DNA of 47,412 nt, taken from positions 1-47,412 of IMG/VR virus record IMGVR_UViG_3300044847_000039; one strand, given 5' to 3'. The translations under genes and the position numbers were made by a program. This DNA is from a virus. Its lineage: Duplodnaviria; Caudoviricetes. The notes under the pieces are model-generated. The model did not search any database. It was not told the DNA's origin and saw nothing but the letters and a program-made list of their open reading frames with translations. Positions within the stretch are counted from its first letter, which is position 1, and every line of letters starts with the position of its first letter. Shown here in pieces: positions 1 to 7,460 of the stretch.

Positions 1-126
1 ACGCCAATGTCCGGAGATACGGCGCTGTCTCGGCTCCTGGCCGCGCAAGGCCCGAGTGCCACGAGCGCGACCCTGCCGCCGCAGACGCTCGGTGGAGGCG
101 GCCCGTGAACGGCTACGCGCCCACCA
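1..126 (+). repeat. Terminal direct repeat, copy 1 (circular assembly overlap); contains the portal 3' end (stop at 106-108)
   Basis: 1-126 is identical to 47266-47391. Confidence 0.95.
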
Positions 127-299
127 CCACCTGCGTAGGCATGTGCCAACGGTGCCGGTCGCCGCTACTCGCGTCACTGGAAGTATGGAACGGCTTTCTC
201 GTCTGCTCCGAGTGCAAGTTCCAGATGCGGCTCGTCTACGCACACCCTGAGGTTCCGGAGACGCGGCCCGTGCAGAGCGTGGAGTGGATCAGGCGGTGA
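105..299 (+). CDS. Small Zn-ribbon protein
   Basis: CQRC...CSEC; GTGA overlap with the portal stop; synonymous-looking variant of its start at the contig end. Confidence 0.7.
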   Translation: MNGYAPTTTCVGMCQRCRSPLLASLEVWNGFLVCSECKFQMRLVYAHPEVPETRPVQSVEWIRR

Positions 300-628
300 C
301 CCAGGAAGAACTCTCCAAACTGAAGCAGGACACCGAGGAGCGACGCGACCGCCTCGCTCGGCAGTTTCATGACGACGTGGGCGCCGTGCTCGCCACTGGC
401 GGGGGACGTCGGCTCTGGGTGCTCATCCGCTACGAGTTCTGTGGACTCGACAACGCGCCGCTCGACCGCATTCCGGGACTACGTGCCGTGGCGACCGCCC
501 TAGACCGTGCCCTGCTCCCCTACCCGGAGATCGCCGCCTCAATCGTCGAGACGCGCGCCGACATCGACAAGTCCCAAGCCTTCTACCAGGCCGGAATGCA
601 CCGGCTGAAGGAGTCCATCAATGGCTGA
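296..628 (+). CDS. Bbp19-like head-module protein
   Basis: VLATGGGRRLW motif; lies between portal and scaffold; GTGA overlap with the upstream stop. Confidence 0.6.
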   Translation: MTQEELSKLKQDTEERRDRLARQFHDDVGAVLATGGGRRLWVLIRYEFCGLDNAPLDRIPGLRAVATALDRALLPYPEIAASIVETRADIDKSQAFYQAGMHRLKESING

Positions 629-1325
629 CCCGATTCCCTCCGCGACGCCCGGTGGCCCGATGCCTGGGCAGCCCGTGACCTCTCCGCCGCCCGCTCCTGC
701 TGACGGTGCGCCTCCCGCCGAAGCGAAGCCCAGTCCGGAAATGGCGGAGTTCCTCAAGACCGGCCTCGACGGCAAGCCGCCTGAGCCGGGAACAGAAATC
801 GACTTCACGGTGCCCGATTCTCTCAAGGAGTCGATGACCGACGACGTCAAGAAGGCGTTCATCAACCGCGCCAACGACATCGCCCGTCACGAGAACCTCA
901 AGCCCTCGCAGGTGAGGGCAGTTCTCCAGGGGCTCGTGGAGCTCCAAGGAGACCTCACCGCCTCGGCCAGTTCCGAGGCGAACACCGCAGCAGAACGAGA
1001 AGCAGAAGAGATGGTGCTGTCGTGGAAGCGCGAGATTGCGCAGGACCCCCAGCTCGGAGGCCAGCGATACACATCGTCGATGGTCCTTGCGGAGGATGGG
1101 GCGCGCAGGCTCGGTGGCCACGTTGGAGCAGTCGCGTTCCTTCGGCATCTACGCGGCGAGGAAGTGATCCCCGGTCCGCTCCTGGTCCGGATGTTTCACC
1201 TCGCGGCCGCAACGATGAAGGAAGACCGCATCGCTGGCCTCGTCATGAAGAAGGGTCCGGAGTCCAAGACCCTCGGCGAGGCCCTCTACGGAACCTCCAT
1301 GAAGCCGAAGAACGGCCAAAGGTAA
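621..1325 (+). CDS. Capsid scaffolding protein
   Basis: Pro/Ala-rich N-terminus, helical body, C-terminal LGEALYG motif, directly before the capsid gene. Confidence 0.75.
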   Translation: MADPIPSATPGGPMPGQPVTSPPPAPADGAPPAEAKPSPEMAEFLKTGLDGKPPEPGTEIDFTVPDSLKESMTDDVKKAFINRANDIARHENLKPSQVRAVLQGLVELQGDLTASASSEANTAAEREAEEMVLSWKREIAQDPQLGGQRYTSSMVLAEDGARRLGGHVGAVAFLRHLRGEEVIPGPLLVRMFHLAAATMKEDRIAGLVMKKGPESKTLGEALYGTSMKPKNGQR

Positions 1326-1328
1326 CCG

Positions 1329-2333
1329 ATGTCGACCCTCACCGATACCGCATTTCCGAACCTCCTGAACGTCGCGCGGCGACTCGATCCCGACGGATCG
1401 ATTGCCGCAATCGCCGAACTCCTGTCGAAGCTCGGCGACGATCTCGTCAACGACATTCCCTGGCAGGAGGGCAACCTCCCGACCGGGCACCGCATCACGG
1501 CGCGCACGGGCCTTCCCTCTCCGACGTGGCGCAAGCTCAACCAGGGTCTCGACCCCGTGAAGAGCACCACGACCCAGTATGACGAGACGTGCGGCATCCT
1601 CGAGGCCTGGTCCCGCGTCGATGTCGACGTGGCGAAGCTGAACGGCAACGAGGAAGCCTACCGCGCGTCGGAAGACCAGGCGTTCATCCAGTCCCTCCGT
1701 CAGCAGCTCGGCACGGCCTTCCTCTACGAGTCCGTGATCACGAACCCCGAGCGCATCCACGGTCTCACGCCGCGCTACGGCGGCACGACCGGCTACACGG
1801 CCTCCGGCTACACGCTCCGCCCGTTCGCGCAGTCCGGCGGCACGGCGGACAATCACTCGATCTGGCTCATCAACTGGGCTCCCCGCAAGGTCTACGGGAT
1901 CTATCCCCGCGGCTCCGGCGTCGGTCTCCAGTACGACAACCTCGGCCAGGTCCCGACTCGAGACGCGAACAACAAGGAGTTCCTCGCCTACGTCAGCCGC
2001 TTCCAGTGGAAGTGCGGCCTCGCCGTCGAGGACTACCGCTACACGGTCCGATACCAGTGGGATCCCTCGGACTCCACGAACTACCCGGACTCGGGCAAGA
2101 ACCTGTACTTGGGCCTCCAGCAGATGCTCGTCACCTGCTACGACATGGGCCAGGGTCAGGCGCGGTTCTACATGGACCGCACCTCGTTCGCGAAGCTCTC
2201 CGCCCAGCTCGCCTCGAACTCGGCGAACTTCCTCCAGTGGGTCACCACTGAGAGCGGCCGGCTCATTCCGGCCTTCCTCGGCGTTCCGATCCGGGTGACG
2301 GACCTGCTCGTCGCCGAATCGTTCATCTCGTAA
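1329..2333 (+). CDS. Major capsid protein (BPP-1 Bbp17-like, HK97 fold)
   Basis: DIPWQEGNLPTGHRITARTGLPSPTWRKLNQG, CGILEAWSRVD, FLGVPIRVTDLL; strongly GC3-biased codons. Confidence 0.93.
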   Translation: MSTLTDTAFPNLLNVARRLDPDGSIAAIAELLSKLGDDLVNDIPWQEGNLPTGHRITARTGLPSPTWRKLNQGLDPVKSTTTQYDETCGILEAWSRVDVDVAKLNGNEEAYRASEDQAFIQSLRQQLGTAFLYESVITNPERIHGLTPRYGGTTGYTASGYTLRPFAQSGGTADNHSIWLINWAPRKVYGIYPRGSGVGLQYDNLGQVPTRDANNKEFLAYVSRFQWKCGLAVEDYRYTVRYQWDPSDSTNYPDSGKNLYLGLQQMLVTCYDMGQGQARFYMDRTSFAKLSAQLASNSANFLQWVTTESGRLIPAFLGVPIRVTDLLVAESFIS

Positions 2334-2352
2334 CCGGAAAGGAACCGACCCA

Positions 2353-2811
2353 ATGGCCTTCATCGACAACCTGTTCGACTGGGGTTCGACGGCGATCTCG
2401 TCCTCGACTGCGGACACCGTGTCCGCGAACGTCATGGACTACGCCACGGCGTCCAACTACTTCGGCGGCCCCGTCTCGCTGAAGTTCAAGATCACCATGG
2501 CGCTCTCGGGCGCCACCGGTACCATCTCCGCTCGAGCGAGGTTCGTGGGCGCCGACAACGCGGCGCTCAGCACGAACCCTGAGATCCTCGCCGACACCGG
2601 CGTGGAGCTCAACCAGGACGACGGCGCCACGGCCCTCGTGGCGGCGAGCGTCGTCCGCCGGACGCTCATCCCCGGCGGCAGCATCGTGCCAAAGCGTTTC
2701 TATGGCTTCATCTTCACGCTCGGCGGCACGACTCCGTCGGCAACCTGCACGGTCGCCACCGTTCTCGACGACCAGACCTCCATGCCGTACGCGAAGGCGG
2801 CCACGCCGTAA
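2353..2811 (+). CDS. Capsid cement/decoration protein (Bbp16-like)
   Basis: Directly after the capsid gene; MAFIDN...SANVMD, beta-rich, KRFYG motif. Confidence 0.7.
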   Translation: MAFIDNLFDWGSTAISSSTADTVSANVMDYATASNYFGGPVSLKFKITMALSGATGTISARARFVGADNAALSTNPEILADTGVELNQDDGATALVAASVVRRTLIPGGSIVPKRFYGFIFTLGGTTPSATCTVATVLDDQTSMPYAKAATP

Positions 2812-2821
2812 GGAGAAACGA

Positions 2822-3184
2822 ATGCGCTTCCTGTGCAAGGAAAACCGCTTTCTGCGCCAGGCTCACCAAGAGTTCCCGGAGTACGTCCTGGCCGATCCGG
2901 ATCACCCCGCGCCCGTCGACATGCCTGACAACGTGAGGGTGTTCGATCACGCGCAGAAGAAGAAGGATCTCGAGGACGGCAAGGTCAAGGCGGACTCCGA
3001 CTACTGGAGGACCGTTCCCTTCTCAGATCCGCGGCTCATCCCGTACACGCCCGAGACCGAGGAGAGGCCGCACCTCATCCCGGCGCACGCGGACCTGAAG
3101 CAGGAGCCGGTCCCGTCGGCAGCGAGGCTCCAGGGCCCGACGCCGACGGCGCCAAAGAAGAGCGGCAGGCTCGCGGACGCCTGA
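2822..3184 (+). CDS. Hypothetical head-module protein
   Basis: AAGGAG RBS before ATG 2822; good codon bias. Confidence 0.7.
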   Translation: MRFLCKENRFLRQAHQEFPEYVLADPDHPAPVDMPDNVRVFDHAQKKKDLEDGKVKADSDYWRTVPFSDPRLIPYTPETEERPHLIPAHADLKQEPVPSAARLQGPTPTAPKKSGRLADA

Positions 3185-3194
3185 GCCGCGGCTC

Positions 3195-3250
3195 CCGGGA
3201 TTCGCCGCCGCAGAAGGCCACCTCCCTCCGACTGCGGCGGCGGGTCTCGG
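3195..3250 (+). other. Long GC-rich stem-loop after the capsid genes (attenuator or processing site)
   Basis: CCGGGATTCGCCGCCGCAG pairs with CTGCGGCGGCGGGTCTCGG (19 bp including G-U pairs); 18-nt loop; no U-tract. Confidence 0.6.
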
Positions 3251-3274
3251 TTCACAAAGTAGAGGGGAAACAAT

Positions 3275-3616
3275 ATGAGCCGCTCAGAGTACTGGCTGGA
3301 CACCTGGGTCACGCAACTTCAGGGCGCCACAAAGTGTTCGACGGACCGCGGCGACAACAGCGTGACTCTCGTTGCCGGCACTGACGCGGCGATCCAGAAG
3401 TTCGCGACCGCGCTTGGCGCCAATCGCACCATCACGCTCTCGAAGGCACAGGCGTGGGACGGGGCGACGTTCACCATCGTGCGCACCGGACTCGGTGCCT
3501 TTACGCTCGACGTCGGTGGCCTCAAGACGCTGCCCAGTGCCACGGCCGCATGGGCAGAAGTCGCCTTCGATGGCGTGGCGCAGGCCTGGTACCTCGTGTC
3601 CCAGGGAGTGCTGTAA
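3275..3616 (+). CDS. Small beta-rich virion/fibre-tip-like protein, paralog of 19009..19419
   Basis: ANRTITLS...VRTGLGAFTLDVGGLKT shared with the 19009 ORF. Confidence 0.75.
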   Translation: MSRSEYWLDTWVTQLQGATKCSTDRGDNSVTLVAGTDAAIQKFATALGANRTITLSKAQAWDGATFTIVRTGLGAFTLDVGGLKTLPSATAAWAEVAFDGVAQAWYLVSQGVL

Positions 3617-3760
3617 ATGTCCTCCAGTCCCAGAGACGTGACGCTTCTCGGCGACAGCTCCCGCGTGCCGGTCCGACCCCGTCCGAACCCTGCGTACTGG
3701 TTCAAGCACGGGACCTCGGGCGGGTTCGTCCTGCGGTTCTTCTGCCCCCTCGTGGGCTAA
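3617..3760 (+). CDS. 47-aa hypothetical protein
   Basis: ATG directly follows the upstream TAA and the ORF fills the gap (MSSSPRDVTLL...FFCPLVG). Confidence 0.5.
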   Translation: MSSSPRDVTLLGDSSRVPVRPRPNPAYWFKHGTSGGFVLRFFCPLVG

Positions 3761-3766
3761 GGATTC

Positions 3767-5476
3767 ATGGCCCTTCCCCTGCCCAGGACCGGTAACGCGC
3801 TGTCCCTGCCGGCCGGGGAAGACCCGCTCCATTACCTGTCATTCGCGGACTTCAACGCGGTCTTAGACGCGCTGGCGGGGACGAGCGTCACCGGAAGCCC
3901 TATCGGCCTCGATCCTGCCCTCGTCACCGCCACCGGCTCCACGACCGCGAGGGCGCTTCGGGACGTCGCGGCGGATGTGAACGCGGCGGCCGATCAGGTG
4001 CGGGGACTCACTTCTCGCATCCAGATCCCGGAACGGCTCAACTACCCTCCGGTAACCTCGGGTACGTTGGCGCAGGACTTCCGAAGCGGCACCTTCACGG
4101 CCGACACAAACAATCAGACGACCGGCCTGACCATTACGCGCGACGCGACTCGCGGGGCCGCCAAGATATCGTGGACGAGCGCCGCGAACGGACAGCAAGG
4201 CGGGTTGAAGGCGACCGGGTCCTGGGACTTCTCGGCATCAACGCTTTTCGCTCTTGATCTCGGAGTCGATGCGGGTGAGCAGTTCACGCGCGTGTCCGTC
4301 TACCTCGCCTTTGATGTGTCGGGGTTCACGAACTATGCGTGGCTCGATCTGCCGAGCGGCAATTGGCCGAAGCCCGCCCGCTTCACGATTCCCTGGCTCA
4401 GGTCGGCCATGGCGGTCGTCGGAACACCCGCCTGGAACGCCGTGCGACGCATCGAGATCAGGCTCTATCACCAGGCCACGAACGCCGGGGCGGACACGTT
4501 CTACCTCTATGGTTTCTGGAGCGGCGTCGCGGCCAAAACCAAGGTTCTGATCCAATTCGATGATGGCGTGTCCAGCCAATACACTGAAGCGTTTTCGCGG
4601 ATGAGTGCGGCTGGCATGGTGGGGTCTCTCAACGTGAACGGTAGTACCATCAACACGGCCAGCCATCTCACCCTATCCCAACTCTCGACGGTGTACGCCG
4701 CGGGCTGGGACATCGCGAACCACACCTGGGATCACATCAAGATGGCCCAGATGTTCACGGGCACCTACGGACCAACACAGACAGCGGGGGTCGCCACGGC
4801 GTCGGTGCCGGCGGCGGAGAGCCACGGACTCCTAGCAAACGGGAGCTTCACGCTCACCGACTGCGATTCTCCCGGCTGGAACGGGGTATGGACCGTGGCG
4901 ACGGTAACGAATCCCCAGACATTCACCTTCGCGGTGCCGGCCGGACTCGAACCGAACGCCGGTAGCCGATGCGCCATGAGACCGCCGGGCGTGACCCTCG
5001 ACGCGGTCCGGCAAAGCGTTCAGCTCCAAAAGGAATGGATGATCACGAACGGTTTCACGCGAGCCCTAGCGCACATGGCGTATCCGTACGGCTATAGCGA
5101 CAGCGCGACGCGATCGATCCTTCGGGATGAGAAGGGTTTCAAGACCGGCCGTGGGGTGTCTTCATGGCCCCTCGGGACGAACGATTACAGCGTTTCTCGG
5201 CTCACCGGGATCGATCAGTCACTCGCCTTTGAACTGCCGGTCGTGCCCATCGCCTCGCCAACTACCGCCGCCGCGGTTCTCGCCCTCGTGGACACCGCCA
5301 TTGCGAAGGGGAATGACGTCATTCTGCTCGGCCACAACATCACTTCTGGAGCGCCCACCGCGGGCTACGACATCACGACCACGGAATTCCAGTCGCTGAT
5401 CGACGGTCTCGTTACGCGGCGCGATGCGGGATCTGTCGAGGTTGTGACAGTCTCGGATTGGTACGGTCGCCTATGA
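3767..5476 (+). CDS. Polysaccharide deacetylase (CE4/NodB) domain protein, probably virion-associated
   Basis: IQFDDG, NHTWDH, AYPYG and LLGHNI CE4 motifs; N-terminal VTATGSTTAR tailspike-type motif. Confidence 0.85.
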   Translation: MALPLPRTGNALSLPAGEDPLHYLSFADFNAVLDALAGTSVTGSPIGLDPALVTATGSTTARALRDVAADVNAAADQVRGLTSRIQIPERLNYPPVTSGTLAQDFRSGTFTADTNNQTTGLTITRDATRGAAKISWTSAANGQQGGLKATGSWDFSASTLFALDLGVDAGEQFTRVSVYLAFDVSGFTNYAWLDLPSGNWPKPARFTIPWLRSAMAVVGTPAWNAVRRIEIRLYHQATNAGADTFYLYGFWSGVAAKTKVLIQFDDGVSSQYTEAFSRMSAAGMVGSLNVNGSTINTASHLTLSQLSTVYAAGWDIANHTWDHIKMAQMFTGTYGPTQTAGVATASVPAAESHGLLANGSFTLTDCDSPGWNGVWTVATVTNPQTFTFAVPAGLEPNAGSRCAMRPPGVTLDAVRQSVQLQKEWMITNGFTRALAHMAYPYGYSDSATRSILRDEKGFKTGRGVSSWPLGTNDYSVSRLTGIDQSLAFELPVVPIASPTTAAAVLALVDTAIAKGNDVILLGHNITSGAPTAGYDITTTEFQSLIDGLVTRRDAGSVEVVTVSDWYGRL

Positions 5477-5510
5477 TCGTCCTCCGCCACATCGAGCGGG
5501 AGCGCCCTGA

Positions 5511-6164
5511 ATGACCACTCCAGCCACCGACCTGGACCTAGTGAACACGGCCCTCGCGAACCTGGGTCACACGGTCTATGTGACCGACCTCACGAACGAC
5601 ACGACCGTGGAAGCCAAGGCCGCTCGTCTCATGCTCGACGGCGACCGCGACCAAGCCCTCGGCATCCTCGCTGGACCCGGTGCCGGCTGGAAATGGGCTC
5701 AGAGGCGGCAGGTGCTGACCGCGCTGGCTGGACAGACGCACGAACGCTGGACGCAGTTCTACACGCCTCCCACCGACTGGGTCCCCGGAACCGGCTGGTT
5801 CTACATGGGCCATCCGAACCCGAATCCTGACGCCTATCCGGAGTGGGAAGCGGTGATGACTGCGGCCGGCACGGGCCGCTGTATTGCCTGCAACATGGAG
5901 CCGCTCGGTTCGCCGCAGACCGATCCGGTGTTCATCTACACGGCCCGAATCACGAACGTCGCTCTCTATCCCCAGGCGTTCGTCAATTACCTCTGTTGGA
6001 TGCTGGCGGCGGACCTTGCCATGCCAGTGACGCGGGACCGAAAGCTACGGGAAAGCGCCATCAAGGAAACGGAACTCGCTCTCCGCGACGCCATCCGCTC
6101 CGAACTCGCAGGCATGCAGACCTACCAACCTCCACCGACGCCCTCAATCCGGGCGAGGAGATGA
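5511..6164 (+). CDS. Tail tubular protein A / adaptor (T7 gp11-like)
   Basis: LVNTALANLG, WKWAQRR, YTARITNVALYPQAFVNYLCWMLAADLAMPVT. Confidence 0.85.
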   Translation: MTTPATDLDLVNTALANLGHTVYVTDLTNDTTVEAKAARLMLDGDRDQALGILAGPGAGWKWAQRRQVLTALAGQTHERWTQFYTPPTDWVPGTGWFYMGHPNPNPDAYPEWEAVMTAAGTGRCIACNMEPLGSPQTDPVFIYTARITNVALYPQAFVNYLCWMLAADLAMPVTRDRKLRESAIKETELALRDAIRSELAGMQTYQPPPTPSIRARR

Positions 6165-6168
6165 ACCG

Positions 6169-6798
6169 ATGGAAGTCGAACCAAAGCGCCGTCTAGGTTC
6201 AGTGAGAAGTGATGGCTCGACCGCGGCGCGCAAGGAAGAAGCGCTCCCGGTCATTCACACCGCGTGTGACTGTCCGACATATACGCTGTCCTTCTCCGTT
6301 GCCGCAACGGCAGCACTCGACATCTTCTCGCTCGTCGCCGGCACGAATAAGGTGCTCCGAGTGCGTAAGATCGTTCTCGTGAATCCTGGTGCCGCTACGG
6401 GCGCCATCATTGTCGATCTTCAACTCGGCACTGCGGCTGCCGTGGGTTCTGCCGGCGCAGCCGGGACCCCACAGCCGGTAGATCCCGTTGCTCGTGTGGC
6501 TGGCGTATCGGGCGGGCCCGATGGCGCATTCTCTGGCATTTCCGGAGCGGCAGCCCGAACGGGCGACACAACGCAGGCGGGATCCTTCGTTGCAACGCAC
6601 GCGCCGCTCTGTAGCGTAAGCGTGCCAGCGGCCGCCGCCGGATTCACGCCACTTACCATTTACGATTCTCTCGACCCGACAGCGAAGGGACTAACGGTTG
6701 CCGGTGCTACCCAGCCTGCCGTTCTGAGAACCCCATCGGTCGGGGCCGGCGCGACTGGCCTTCGCGGCTACGTTCTGTTCACGGTTGATGACGCCTAG
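6169..6798 (+). CDS. Hypothetical beta-rich protein, probably structural
   Basis: GAGGAG RBS; Ala/Gly/Thr-rich; in the tail operon. Confidence 0.65.
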   Translation: MEVEPKRRLGSVRSDGSTAARKEEALPVIHTACDCPTYTLSFSVAATAALDIFSLVAGTNKVLRVRKIVLVNPGAATGAIIVDLQLGTAAAVGSAGAAGTPQPVDPVARVAGVSGGPDGAFSGISGAAARTGDTTQAGSFVATHAPLCSVSVPAAAAGFTPLTIYDSLDPTAKGLTVAGATQPAVLRTPSVGAGATGLRGYVLFTVDDA

Positions 6799-6813
6799 TG
6801 AGTGCGCGTTGAG

Positions 6814-7050
6814 TTACGGCGAGATTCCGAACACCCTGGCGAGCGTAAGCAGCACGGCGACCAGGACGGCGAAGAGGGCCACTGTGCCAGCGGCCTGCCT
6901 GAGGCCCGCCTTCCACGCCGGGGGACGGAGCTGCGGCGTCGCCTTAAGCACGGCCAACTCGCGTTTCGTCATCTCTAGCTCGATCGTCAGCCGCTCCACG
7001 TCTTTCCGCTCGTTCTCGAGCGCTTCCAACAGCGAGATCCCGGTCGTCAT
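6814..7050 (-). CDS. Coiled-coil protein with C-terminal TM helix (counter-oriented moron)
   Basis: AAGGAGG RBS on the minus strand; MTTGISLLEALENERK...VALFAVLVAVLLTLARVFG. Confidence 0.65.
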   Translation of the reverse strand: MTTGISLLEALENERKDVERLTIELEMTKRELAVLKATPQLRPPAWKAGLRQAAGTVALFAVLVAVLLTLARVFGISP

Positions 7051-7066
7051 AGCCTGGAGGCCCTCC

Positions 7067-7441
7067 TTACCAACCGAAACCGACGCCAAGGGCGAGATTA
7101 TGCCCGACGCTGTTGGCCTCGAATCCAATGCCGACAGCCTGCCAGATATGTCGGTACTCAGGTGGCAGGCCAAGTGCGCCCAAGAGATGAAGGCAGGCAG
7201 TGGCGACAAAAACGGAGTGGACAGTCAGCGCCTCTGGATGCTGGCCGAGTATTGGGTTGGTTTCGTACATCCTGGAGCCGCGAGTAGCAGCAAAGGTCTG
7301 CCGCCAGTCCATCGCAGTCAGGACAAGGAATGTACCCTCAAGCGCGGTGTCGCCCCAGGTCCACTGTTCTGGACCGTAGTTCTCGGCGCGTACGCTGAGC
7401 GGAATCGCAAGTACCAGCAGAATCACCAGAGCGGTTTTCAT
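7067..7441 (-). CDS. Signal-peptide membrane/secreted protein (counter-oriented moron)
   Basis: MKTALVILLVLAIPLSVRA signal peptide; DWRQT...ETNPILG motif; ends LGVGFGW. Confidence 0.75.
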   Translation of the reverse strand: MKTALVILLVLAIPLSVRAENYGPEQWTWGDTALEGTFLVLTAMDWRQTFAATRGSRMYETNPILGQHPEALTVHSVFVATACLHLLGALGLPPEYRHIWQAVGIGFEANSVGHNLALGVGFGW

Positions 7442-7460
7442 GCGCGGAGCGTAGCCTACA

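Noticed and set aside
1-126. Physical terminal repeats of the virion DNA
   Set aside because: The repeat cuts through the portal gene and has k-mer-like length, so an assembly overlap is more likely.
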